DNA of 58,920 bases, the filler included, from Diploschistes diacapsis (lineage: Eukaryota), in the NCBI GenBank assembly GCA_023645945.1. It is 5 parts of 5 records of this genome, joined end to end, with 100 filler letters (N's around TTAATTAATTAA, not from the genome) between each part and the next. Parts side by side here need not be neighbours in the genome. Positions count along the whole stretch, not along the records: positions 23,628 to 35,331 come from JALAIB010000808.1; positions 35,432 to 47,127 come from JALAIB010000809.1; 3 more parts are not named here. One strand, written 5' to 3'. The notes beneath the pieces were generated by a model. It ran no database searches. It was not told where the DNA came from and was given only the letters and a program-made list of their open reading frames with translations. Shown one piece after another: positions 23,628 to 35,521 of this stretch (position 1 is the stretch's first letter; the number at the start of each line of letters is the position of its first letter). A program made the translations under genes and the position numbers.

Positions 23628-24220
23628 ACTTTATTCGATTTATTAGACCCTTTTATTTTTATTTTACAGCCTTTTTTTAACCACGAATTAATTCGATTTG
23701 GATTTATTTTTATTATATAGTTTTTTATTAAATACGACCGAACTATGAAAGATTAATAAAGAATTTAATTAAACGTTGCGAGCCGTTCTAAAACTAATTA
23801 GCCCGATTCGACGTTATTCGAGTCGAATAACCCGTATGTTTAAATCGACGTATATTAAGTTTATAACGCTTCGTAAAGAAAACCGAAAGTAAAAAACGTT
23901 TCTTAATAATCGTAAGAAACGTAAATTAAGTAAACGAATCGAATTAGAAGGTCGTTTTATATTTAATATAAACGAAGTTCTTAAGATAATAATTCGGGTT
24001 AAATCGAGTCGGATAATTTCGAAACGACCTATAACGCGTAAAAAACGTCGTCGCGTTTTTAAAATCGAAAAGGATGAAAAGAAAGAAGATAGATTCAATT
24101 TAGATCGATTAAATTCTGATTACGACGAATAGGTTATATTTAAAAACCGTAGAATGTTAGCGGTAATGATTTAAGGTGGCCGGAATCTAGGGGTGGCCGG
24201 AATCCCCGTGAAACACGTTA
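23628..24220 (+). mobile_element. RIP-degraded 3' end of a Fot1/pogo DNA transposon with right TIR
   Basis: Very AT-rich, TpA-rich, CpA/TpG-poor, CpG retained. Decayed frame SPIRRYSSRITRMFKST...LRKENRK*...RKKRKLSKRIELEGRFIFNINEVL resembles pogo transposase C-termini. Ends GGTGGCCGGAATC x2 then GTGAAACACGT|TA (24208-24220). Confidence 0.75.
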
Positions 24221-24660
24221 GAGCTAATATCTTCGCGTCATACTTTATTTTAATTAAAACCGCCTCGTCCTTTATATCCTCGGATTAACTCCGTAATTCT
24301 ATTTTATTTTATTAAAGTTTATTAACCTCTATCATAATATTTCTTAATTATAAAATTTACGAAGTCATCGCCGGGTCCGTTAAGATTAATTATAGAAGAA
24401 AACGTTATCTTAAGTTTATTATATGTTATTAAATTTAATTTAATTTTCTTATAAAAAAATTAAGGAATTAAAAATTTATTAATCTTGCTATTTATAGCAT
24501 TAAAACGTTTTAATTAAAGTTAATAGACTATAAAGATAGAGAAAGAATGAACTAATTAATTTTATTAAGAATAAATAGATTAGAACGATACATCTATAAA
24601 GAAAAAACTGATCAAAAAGAATGTTTTATGAATATGAAAAGCAATTAATGAGCGAGTCGC
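24221..24660. repeat. Further AT-rich, RIP-like repeat remnant
   Basis: Composition only. Confidence 0.5.
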
Positions 24661-24999
24661 TTATATTCTAGTAGGGAAGGATGTGGTTTTATCACGGAAT
24701 TAAGCCCTAAGTCCGAAAAGACTTGGCAGAATACCTTTTATTTGTAAATCTGTAGCTAGACAATTTAAAACACACCATGCAATCGAATCACACACTAATC
24801 CGTCACCAATCACGTGCCTTACCCAGAGTCGATTTCAACAGCGACCAGAACTTCTTGTTCGCATAGAAAGGTATTAATACCGCCTCCCATGTTACTGGTA
24901 GACATCTCTTGTTCAATTAGTGGTCATCAGCTATAACTACCATATGTATCTGAAACCAGGCCCTATACCACTTCCTCTAGTTATCTGACTGTTTTTTTA

Positions 25000-26500
25000 T
25001 CATCTTCGGAAGAGACTGCCATACTTTCGGCCTGTGCCATCTTTGTGTTCTCGCGCATGAGGACCAAAACTTGGACACATACTCAATAGTGCAACGAGTA
25101 AACCAAAAGCTGCCGAGATCGACACCTTTTGACGACAGTACGATGCCTGACTTGTGGGAACTATGTTCGTTCCGAGCAACGGACCACATTGACCTATAGT
25201 TGCAAGAAAAGTATACGCTCTGGCACGCTTGGACTCGGTAGCACTGATATTAGCTACCCACGCCAGCGTCAACGCCACGCAGCAAAAGACTTGGACAGAC
25301 CAGAACATTGCAGAGTAGCGCACTGGACCTGACTGGACCGTAGCCGAAAGTATGAACCCAATTTGCAGCAACGAGAGACACAGCAGCACAAAAAGGTCCG
25401 CGTGCTCCCATGCAATCTGACAGTTAGCAAAATTATAACGATCATAAAGAAGCAGAGAAGATAAGGAGGTGCTCTTAGACCATTTAATTGGATCGAAGTG
25501 AAAGTCCCAATATGTGAGATAATCGGGGGTAGGAAAAGCGGTAGCTAGCGAGACGAATGTATGGTCAAGCACTCGACTCAGCGGCTTTATAATCCGAGTT
25601 AGCATACATTTAGTCTTTGAAAGCATCCAAAAACTCTTTGAATCGAATGCCGAGTTTCTTGGCATCGTCTATCCTCTGCTGACGGCTTAAATAGTACCTA
25701 ACTGTGGCTTTCTCGCTCTCTGTCAAGAATCTGGCAGATGAGAGTGAGTCCGGGAGGAAGAACCAAACGAAGATAGCCTCAAAACAAAGTTATGAACAGA
25801 ATCTGCCAAGGTGCGACGCGGCCATTGATCTGGGAAATGCCATATGCAAGGTCAATGCCGTATGCATTCGCCATTGCCGCTCCGGAAATAAATACACCCT
25901 AACGAAATCCGATCTTCGTACGAGGATAAAAGTAGGACAAGTACAATGGCACCGCAGGCCCATGTGCCGATTCTGCAATCCCAAGGAAGATCCGACAAAC
26001 TGGCAGACCTTCGTATGTGGTCACGGAAGCTTGGATAGTCGCTACAAAGCCCCAAAGGAAGACAACAACAGCGGCGTAAATAATGTGGTGGGAACTTGCT
26101 TCCATCCGATGAGCGTCCACTGCAAGAGCATGTCTGATATTTGTCAGAATGGGATTTCATAGTTAACAGGAGATTTATGGCGCTGGAAATCAAACCATCT
26201 CTTTGCGCGCCAAGCTCTACGGGTATCGGTGCATATATGCGATATAGAAAGCCCTTCCAAGCCAACTATACCAGGAATTTGAGACGTCTATGTCTTGTTC
26301 AAGCCCAGCAAGCCTCGCATTCCCTAGATTGGGTCTGTCCAAAATCGAGTAGAGGACGAAGACGAGTGGCAGCAGGCGATAGTCGAGCTTGCGAATCACT
26401 GCGGCCTTCTCTTCCGCCGTGAAATTGGGCTGTGACGAGTCTGTAAGCTCGACATCTTCAAGATGAGATGGGTCTTGGGCTTCTTTTTTTCAGAGTCCGT
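25000..26500 (-). pseudogene. MFS transporter pseudogene (Dal5/Tna1 anion:cation symporter family)
   Basis: Collinear pieces IRKLDYRLLP..LDR.NLGNARLAGLEQD, CRIFLGIAES..GPAVPLYLSYFYPR, W..LF, LAWVAN..TESKRA...IGQCG, with an in-frame stop (GFR*G), frameshifts and deletions. Confidence 0.8.
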
Positions 26501-26699
26501 TCTTAGGATACAACGCTTTTTCCTAATCCTGATACTGTCCCTTGCCTTTCTTGAATCTAGATTGGTTTGAAGACCGCTCACAACAACAAAACCAAGGCCA
26601 CATATTAGTTACATCGTCTAGCATGACATCTCCAAGCTCATGTTTACCGGAGCTGTCTAACGTTGGGTTCCAATCTTCTGTTCAAGTGCGCTAAAGGAT

Positions 26700-26882
26700 C
26701 AGTTGTACCAAACACCTTTTCTGCCATTTTAGTCCCACGCAAGAGCTTGAGAGATGCAAAGTCCTGGGGGATAGGGAGGGGGGAGCTTCAAGTAGCTCAG
26801 ACCTGTTTTGTATTAGATCCGAAGCATCCCTAAAGTTCTTGTATGGGCAGAAAGTGATGGAAGTTGTCTGGTGTTAAACGTC
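26700..26882. mobile_element. Degenerate copy of the ~203-bp palindromic element
   Basis: Right arm GGAGCTTCAAGTAGC...GAAGCATCCCT...TCTTGTATGGGCA.AAGTGATGGAAG.TGTCTGGTG closely matches 34430-34522; left arm partly retained. Confidence 0.7.
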
Positions 26883-27016
26883 GTCGATCAAGCCCGGAGT
26901 GAAGAATAGTGATCTGGGGTCAAGTTCGATATTATTAGCGTCTCTGAATCGAGCTGGACTTGCCTGGACGTTATACCAAAGGTCGATGCTATGGGAAGCT
27001 ATCAGGCAGTCTTAAC

Positions 27017-27219
27017 AATAGTTTACACACCGAATACCTCGTCCACCAATTATGCCCACTTGGGAGCTCAAAGGATGCTTCAGATCAACTTAAACACATC
27101 CGAAGTCCATGGGAGAGCTTCAAGTATCTCGGATTCGTCAAATAATTAATCTGAAGCATCCCTACGAGCTCTTTTGTGGGCATAAAGTGGTGGGAAAGGT
27201 ATTTGTTGTACAAAGTATT
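27017..27219. mobile_element. 203-bp palindromic (foldback) MITE-like element
   Basis: Inverted arms ...TTATGCCCAC..GAGCTC..GGATGCTTCAGAT / ATCTGAAGCATCC..GAGCTC..GTGGGCATAA; same length and centre (GGGAGAGCTTCAAGTA) as 34331-34533. Confidence 0.8.
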
Positions 27220-27384
27220 AATGATATCGTCTGGCTATATCTCGGTGCACCTGGATTCAGCTGTATCCAACAATCACTGGAGCTTCACGACGCACTCTTT
27301 GTGCATGTTCTAAGTCGCCTCTTCTTTTGCCCCTACTATCCTGGCTTGCGGACCTTGTTTCCCAGTATTAACCCTCAATGCCCG

Positions 27385-28045
27385 TTCTGATGCCGCCTTG
27401 CCAGCTATCCTTCCAAATACTGCCCCCAGCCGTGAGCCCACTGCCACCAGGGTAGTTCCCATAAAACAGGCCACCGACCATCTCTCCAGCTTCTCAGCCA
27501 ATTCTTGGACCGTATCGGCTAGCAACCGTTCCACAAACCCCTCCGCGTACTCCTCCCCTCTCAACCACTTTGCGCCCTCCGCATCTCAGACTTGGAACGC
27601 CACGCCACCCGGTTGCTTTTAGGATCTCCCTTCCGAACTTCGCATACGTATAGTTTCGCATGTCCACTCCCTCATCCACAAACCTTCTACCCTCCGTGTT
27701 CAACATCAAGCCCAATAGATATCCCGACTACGTATACTGATTCGTCAGCTCCTGACTCCCTGCGTCTGCCGGCGCATTAGCATCTCAAACCTAACCTCCA
27801 CACCCTTTCTCTGGGCCCCCCCCCAGAGCTTCCACCGCCCCTGGAGGCCGGAGAAGGATGCGCGGTAGGCGCGGAGGACGCGGCGGGTGCTGGCGCTGGT
27901 GCCGGAGGCAGACGAGGGGGAGGGGGGAAACGGGAAGGTGCTGGAGGGCCGACAGGGCAGCGGAGAAGCCGGCGTTGCCGGAGGCGATCACAATTACATC
28001 GTATACATTGGGCGAGGATGGAGTGGACGAAGACGGGACCCCATG
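27385..28045 (-). pseudogene. Internally deleted, frameshifted FAD_binding_2 flavoprotein (TcuA/CobZ tricarballylate dehydrogenase-like)
   Basis: YDVIVIASGNAGFSAALSA (FAD motif); GLMLNTEGRRFVDEGVDMRNYTYAKFGREIL, +1 frameshift, QPGGVAFQV*DA (TGA where Trp is expected); C-terminal GAVFGRIAGKAA. Only ~650 nt for a family I recall as ~500 aa. Confidence 0.75.
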
Positions 28046-28979
28046 TTGGGTAGGTTTCAGACAGCTAGAGGTGTCGCTGGGGTTGTTGAGCTGCGTCGGT
28101 ATCGCAGGCCTGCTACGTTAAAAGTCTTCTGGAACAGACCTGGAGCGATGGTCCTACTTTTTTTAAATAAAAAATAATTTAGGCCCTTGTTGTGGCCAGT
28201 GCGGAAAGGTAGATCGGGGGACCCGGCGAAGGATGTTGGGGATAACGGTTTATATCCCCGTTCACGATGCCAGAATGTTTCGTGTAACAATATCGCCAAC
28301 ATACCTAATTTACCCCTCGTTGCTCGCTCCTTTGTAAAGCTCGATCAAGCCAACTCCCCGAAACCCGTTTTTTGTATTTTGAAGATCTCTTCGTCACTCT
28401 CATCAAACCCTCGAAAGAAAAATGAGGTTGTGCGGTGATATAAGCTCGTCTGCAAGAGTTTACTTCCTCTACAAGACTGGGCTGGCCGTGGCTGTGATGG
28501 TGTTCGGACAGATGCCTTACGCCATGTATCCGTCCTAACCTCCACCAAGAAAGAATATGAATCATGTATTTTGCCACTTGCACGCCATGTATATTTCATG
28601 AACAAGAGTTTTTTTATTTATGTATTTTACAATCAAAAATGATCACGCTATACACATCCAGAGTCGAGCTCGCTAAACCTTCAATATCCAAAGCTATGAA
28701 ACGGGTTAAAATAAGAAGGAATGTGAGTTTGAAGAAGCGAAGAAGAAGAAAGAGGTCGTGCAAGTCGTGGCGTCGTGTTATCTGAAGGAGTGTTGTGTTC
28801 CTCCACCATCTCTGCTTCCTCTCCTCTCCTTTTACCATTTCTACCGCCGTCCCCAATCCACTTTCCCCACACCCATGCAGTTTCTACTATGCGAAATCCA
28901 ACCCCCCAACGCCTCGCTAAACATTAAAAAAATAACCCTTCAACTAAGCACACTCTTGTGCGAAAACGCTGTCTCCCTT

Positions 28980-30537
28980 CTAAGCCGCCAGTTCCGGCAA
29001 CATCAGATCCGGCAACCGATACGGGTCTAGCGCATCGAGGCGATTAATGCGGCAGCTCGTCGGCGAGGGCTCCTCCTCCTGCGGCAGCGACAGCATCGGT
29101 GCCTTATTGCGTTCCCCTGCCGTGTGCGGCCGGATGGCGGACGAGGACATGGGCGAGGGCGCGAACTGCGATGGGCTGATGTTGCGCTTGGGCTTGGCGC
29201 TGGCGTTTTCGCGCTGTCGCTGGGCCTCGCGGAGGAGGCGCTCGCGCTGGGCCTCGTCGATGGTGTATTGGAACGGGATGTTGGCTGTGGAACCCACGCT
29301 GGTGCTCATATTGAGGCCAGTGGTGGAAGTGGCGATGATGGCGGCGGCGCCACTTCGGTCGCTGCTGTTGTCGCGCGAGCGCTTGCCGTCTTTCTTGTTG
29401 GCGTTCTCAGAGCTCAGCAGACCGCTAGTGGAGCGCATCTTACGGAGGGATGGTCGCTGGCGCACAGAGGGCCGCTTTGCAGAGCCGTCGGTATTTTCCT
29501 TGCCGTCGGCGCTGCGGGATTTGATGCGGCGAAGCTCGCGGGCAATGCGCTCGAAGGTGCCTATGCTGACCTTTCGCTCGCCCATCTCGGGACGCCGCAC
29601 GGTGAAGTTTTTCTCCGAATCGGAGGAAGCCGCTGAGCTTCCTATGCTGGTTGATGGACGGGGCCCCAACGTCGGACGAATCTCTAGGATCGGTTGCCTT
29701 TCCAGAACGGGTTTGCGCCCAAGATCGGAACCGAAACTCACGCCAGAATCTGTCCGCTTGTCTTTGATGGCGGCCTCGAAGTCCTGGGGCCCTTTGACGC
29801 CCATGCAGTTTTCGATGACGGCGTTGGCTTTCCGGAGGTAAACGTCAACAATATCCTTCACCACAGGCCATCCGTTGGCGTCTCCTGGGCGACGACTAGC
29901 GTTCTCTAGGTTGATGAGGATTTCCTTGCCGTTCTTCTCCACGGCCTGAATGTACCGGAAGAAGGCATTACGCTGCGCATTCAGGACGTTCTCGGTTAAT
30001 TGGATCGTCGGCTGTGAGCCATAGCTTGGGGGGTACAGGTTGTTAAGCATAGCAATGCAATTCGGTTTGTTAAAGGGACTGAGCCGCATCTCATTGATAA
30101 GCGTCTGTTACTGTGTTAGTGGATGCATACCTCAAGCCCTCAGAATCACTTACCCATCGACGCAAACCAATGTATACTTGAGTATACAAAGCCTCGACCT
30201 TCTTCGACACTGTTTCTGTCGACGCGATCCAGTCGGCAATACCGGGGGCGCTGCTCTGGAGACCTTGTCTGTCCTGTTCGAGGGCCACAGGATTCGTGCC
30301 CAGCCTTCGAATGGCAGCGGACAGCTCGCGTCTCCTCCTGTCCTCGAGGATTCTGAGGTGGTCCATGGCCGTCAAGGCCTGAGTGAAGTCAACCTCGCAT
30401 AGGTCCTCGGTGAAGCACTCTCGGACGAAGGACGTGATATACAAGGGAGAATGTTCATCCTGTAGTAAGGGCTTCCTGCTGCTCCCTTGCTGTTGAGGGT
30501 ATGGCTGCCCTCGGGCTACCGGAGCCGAAGAGTCCAT
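28980..30537 (-). CDS. Conserved fungal hypothetical protein, at least 2 exons; start uncertain
   Basis: ITSFVRECF...VDFTQALTAMDHLRILEDRRRRE and YTQVYIGLRRW|TLINEM..PFNK.NCIAMLN joined by a GTAAGT intron near 30155-30105; disordered C-terminus. Confidence 0.8.
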
Positions 30538-33500
30538 GTCTTGTTATTGTATATGATTCACTGTTGTTATACTTTTCACTTCTGAAGCAGCAAAGCTATC
30601 AAAGCTACGAGTTTGCACCCTCTGCCAACCATTTACATGGAGGAATGCGAGAGAGAAGCGATGCTTGCTCAGGAGGATCGGGAAGGGTGGCTGGGCAATA
30701 TGTCAATTGAAATGAGAGGAAACGATGCAGTATTGAAAGTAACGGACAGTAGAGAAGAACCCGCGGATGTCGCATGGCTTCGAGTGGAGCATTGGCTGCA
30801 TAGCGTTGGTGTTGCAAGCAGGTTGGTAGTGGCCCGGCAAAGCAGTGACCGGTCCAGATTTGGTAGGATGCACAAGTAAGCTTGTTCTTGTGCCGGAGGT
30901 GGGTCGCATGGAAAAAGCCATGAAGGCCTTGATTGACATGTCAGCAGTCAGCAATCAGCAGTCGAGACTAAGGGAGCCCCTTACAGGAGGCCCAGTGAAT
31001 GGTGAGGAAAGCCGTTGGATTTCTTAATTCGACGATGCTACGGGGAAGTATTTGTGGATAGAGGATTGATTACATCATCGGGAAGGACTGGGAGTTGGAA
31101 AAAGTCACGGGACTTACCGATCTGCTAGGGAAATAGCCTGAATAGGTAATTATTGCCTAGTTGCTAGTTGAAGGATTTAAGGGGTCGACATTAACGGGGG
31201 AACCCAACGGGGGGGGCACAGCTGACACGAGGAAGCGAAGTGATAAAACCACGGCTTTAAGAGTTTCTTCTTGGGCTAAAGGCCGAGACTGCCATGTGCA
31301 CACTGCCCGGCACCCACCCAACGTGCTGGAAAGGAAAATTCAGTTCCCGCGATGTTGGATGCGAAGTTCCAAAGTTCGATCTGGGCTTCATTTGGCACCA
31401 GAGCGGGTAGGAAACACACAAAAAGACCCCAACCGTTCTCGCGTGGCGCAGCCCCCATTGACAACTGCTTGACTACCAACTGTTCGTTTGTTGACGAAGC
31501 AGCTGCCAGTTGTGCCACCTGTAGGATTGCAAGAGACTACTACTACCAACTATAACTATACCCCCTTCAGAGTGCAAGATGCGACCCCGCACACGCCGAG
31601 ATACCGAGTCGATCATTGGGCTTTGTGCGAACGATCAGCACGCATTGCTAACTACATGCTGTAGGTACTTGAAGCAAGCTCTGAAATGCAGGGGAAAGGA
31701 AAAAAGAACGTCGCCCGTCTGCCTGCGTCTTTACTACTTACTACGCACTCCTGGTGCTCTCCGGACTGCTCCGCAGGCCTTTGTTTGCAATGGGGAGTAG
31801 GGCCGTTTGTACTACTGCACGCTGCAAAACCACAGAGGTTGGCCCTTGGTTGAAGCGTGTTTGAAAACTGCAGCTACCATCTGATGACTTTTGTTTATTA
31901 AATCCGATACAACAGATAGCAGCAATGTGGATGGCCGCTGGGGACACCGAATGATCTGGATCGCTGCATGCATCCCAACGTGCCTGCCTCGGTGGACGAT
32001 CGATCTTACTATCATTAATGATATTTGGTTCCGTGTAGGAGTTGCACGCCTGAACCTGACACTCGGCTTGCTTCCTCCTCGTCAGAGAGGGAATGGGCTT
32101 GTAGTCGCTGTGAACGGGTACACGCCGCCTGCCTGGACTGGGCGAAAGTAGTAGAGATGCGAGGCCGCTGTTGATACCGGAAGCTTTACTCGGTACAAGG
32201 CACGAGGTAGGATTCCTCCCGGAACGTGGAACCAGAGTTTCGATACCCAAATCAAACGTGGCGAACGGCATCGAAAATCCCGATACTTGCTATACTGGGC
32301 ATAGAACCTAATAACCTTAAAGCCAACGCAACTCGAGGTTAAGTTGTGTCGGTCATATGTTGGCCGACTCGCGTTCATGATTTGGTGGATGGCAGTTGGT
32401 GGTGAAGGCGCAGCAGCAGGCGGAAGTCGTCAGATGAACAACCCTGCCCGATCGGGAAAAGCCTTAACAACGACTTGGATACTTGCACTTTTCTCGAGAC
32501 CGTTCCCGAAACAGGCCAAGCTGTTGAAACGAGCAGATTTTCTGGTGCCCTTGCATTTTCATGGAATTCCAGCACGGACAATGTGAGGTTGTTCGAGCGC
32601 TCGGCTATTCATCCGGAATAAATCGAGTGGTGTGAGTGGTGTGTCGTCGTGGAACTGGTGGGGTGGCAATGGAGGCCCTACCTAGTAGTAGTGGATGATC
32701 GACCGGCACATTTTGCTGTGCACATGCTTGTCCAAAAGGCGTACAGCTGTATGTCTTGCAGCTGAAACTTCCGTTCTCTTTCTCTTTCTCTTCTTGACCC
32801 CCACGATACTTACCTCTACTACTTGCCCTCTGCTCCCCAATTGCGAATGATGTACAGCCAGTGTGCCAATCCCTGCAGAGTCTAGAGTCTTGATTCCACC
32901 CATGCGGTTTCATATCTGGATGAAGTACAGACTTAGGCATGGTGACATAGGCAGGTAGTTAGTTTGCCGTAATGTATCTTAACGCTGACTGCGTATCAGG
33001 AGTGGAGACACTCCGTACGGACCTTGTCCGTATGGGAGGAAGTGCATCATCGCCAACGAGCATTTCACAGGCTCGAATGACAGAGCTTAGGAACTATACA
33101 GCCTAGCTTGTGGGACAATTCTACGACACTCAGGGAATATACTGACCTATCGCGGCGGAGACTGATTGCTTGCTATCCGACTCCAAGTTCCTGATCATAC
33201 TCTCTCGCGCCTGACTCTGTGATCCTTTGGCGCCATTGCTGTGAATAAAGTACAAGCTTAGACGTCCGATACGAGGTGGATTGCATGGCACAGCAAAGGC
33301 GCCCAAGCTTTCATTTAATCATTGTGGCTCGCTGTCGAACTTGTCGATATCGATGCGGACGATCCAAAGTCGCGCAATGTATCCTGAGTCCTGACGCTGC
33401 CGCCCTGCAGCCCTGAAGATCTCCGAGTTGTCGGTATCGACAAGACGTGGCTCGAGGCGGAACTGCAATTTTACCCCTTGTGATGCGGCTCCGCTTGATC

Positions 33501-34149
33501 GGCTCGCCCTGCGCAATACCCTTCCGTGTGGCTCTGTGGCATCTGCCTATCAGTCATGGTAGATTCTCATGCAGACAGTACCTCTCCGCACCGGATCGAT
33601 TGCTGATATGTCACCTTACTCCGGAGAGTCTTCGATTAAGGATGCGCATCAATTTGCGCGATCTTTTTTCCCTCATCGGCGGTTTGCTATCAGTCATATG
33701 CAAGGAAGTTGCAACACATAAGGCGCAATGTGGTATATATCACGCTCTCAAGTAATCCAGAGTTGTCCTGCGCATTGCCTGAGATAAGGCAAGGGCTGTG
33801 TTTCGCAGCAAGCATTCCCACCTTGGGTCCTCCATTGATACTCTTCGTGCACCCAGGACGGGCAGCATTGCAGACCCGCCGACCCAGCGGAATACCTGAG
33901 GATAAAGTATGAGGTCGAAGACCGGCTACAAATCTGACATGCAGGTTTCACACTCTGCAAATTGATGTCTTCTGATCCACCAACCTAGAGTGTGATGGAG
34001 TATAACAGTTATGAGATTTGAATCTCTCTGCACCAACACTGCTCCATGCACGTTACTTGGCCAGTCCGAAGGCGAAAGACGCTTGCATATTGTCGACCAT
34101 GATACATGAAGCGTGGTGTCGCCATGATTTATCCGCGCTTTTCGAATAT

Positions 34150-35040
34150 GGGATGATGGCTTGTCGGCCTTTCTGCTGCCCAAACTGTAAGTACGGCTTC
34201 GGACTATGTTTCTCCTATGATGTGATTGGCGTTTTTCTGATGTTAGTGTTCAGCCTTGGGCGGCGCCGTCAAGCTAAAGGATGTCACTTTATGGTGTTTT
34301 ATTATCTTGAAGTGGGCAGGTGATATTAAGAATAATTTGCGCACCCCATACCTTCTTCCGCCACTTTAGGCCCTAACTACAGCTCGAGGATGCTTCAGAT
34401 CAATTATAAAACAATTCTGAAAGTTCTGGGAGAGCTTCAAGTAGCCCAGGTCTACTTTGTAGTTGATCTGAAGCATCCCTCCAGCTCTTGTATGGGCATG
34501 AAGTGATGGAAGGTGTCTGGTGTGCAAATTATTGTGTATGTCAAGTTTTTGATTGTACCGCAAAGCTCGGGGGACCATAAATCAGCTAGCAGCCCGACAA
34601 TTTGAACTTGAACTTCATGTGTTTTCATACTCGGGTTCTATACCGTGGTTGGCATGCAACATTGCCCTGCAAAAGATTTGGCGGCAGCTTGCGGATACGT
34701 CTGCACAGTCCTGCTGGGGACGCCACAAGTACGGATTGTCTTCCAACATCTAGATGTTGCCTGAGAGCAGAGCCTCCGTTCCATTTCAAGTCTTGCACTG
34801 GCTTCATGCGCAGAGCGCCGCTATCGGCAGCTTGTCGGCAGCTTATCGTTCCCCTTTACTTAACCCTGACTTTCCAAAACGAAGCTTCTCTCATGTGGTA
34901 ATAAAGGATGAGGATGACCCCAGCGTGGATTTGGAGATTTGTTGTACTCGCAGCAACTATACCGGGGAGCTTTATGCATTCTCATCACGTCCCCAAAGCT
35001 GAGCCTGCACAAGTAAGAGAATCCCGGTTTGTCTCAGGTC
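34150..35040 (+). pseudogene. Possible very old Pho84-like phosphate:H+ symporter relic, interrupted by the 203-bp element
   Basis: Weak but collinear motif echoes across frames: GFGLCFSYDVI, RQFELEL, IWR...KYGLSSNI, QLIVPLYLTLTF, WIWRFVVLAATIPG. Confidence 0.3.
34331..34533. mobile_element. 203-bp palindromic (foldback) MITE-like element
   Basis: Termini AATAATTTGCGCACC / GGTGTGCAAATTATT (14/15 inverted); internal GGATGCTTCAGATCAA / TTGATCTGAAGCATCC perfect 16-bp inverted pair. Confidence 0.82.
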
Positions 35041-35331
35041 TTCCCCAGGTAAAACATTATGGGCCTGACGAACGTTATGCGCATTTCCTATTTCCTTCAG
35101 TAATTCTCAAATCATTTGGTAGCGCACACAAGCCACATACGCTCGTATCATGTGACAATAATGCATTATGCAAATCTGAATTTCACCTTTCTCCATAAAC
35201 ATTATAGAGCTCATTTTCAGAGCTTAATGCGTCTCGCTTTCCAGGCTATCTCAATCATCAATATCCAAACGGACCTTCTTCCGCCAGTATCAGCTGTGAG
35301 CTCGTATATATAAATATATATATATATATAT

Positions 35332-35431
35332 NNNNNNNNNNNNNNNNNNNNNNNNNNNNNNNNNNNNNNNNNNNNTTAATTAATTAANNNNNNNNNNNNN
35401 NNNNNNNNNNNNNNNNNNNNNNNNNNNNNNN
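35332..35431. other. Artificial contig spacer (preceded by a (TA)n contig end)
   Basis: N44-TTAATTAATTAA-N44. Confidence 0.98.
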
Positions 35432-35521
35432 GGGAAATAGTCTTGGGAGGGAGGTCGTGGGTTCCGAGGGCGGGAGAGGTGTGGCTTGTGGTAAATTTTT
35501 TGTCTAGGGCATTCGAGCGCT

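Noticed and set aside
29047..29841. 264-aa antisense ORF (similar ones at 36462-37061, 45235-45807, and the alternate-frame 45482-46240)
   Set aside because: Shadows of GC-rich or repetitive coding sequence; no independent motifs
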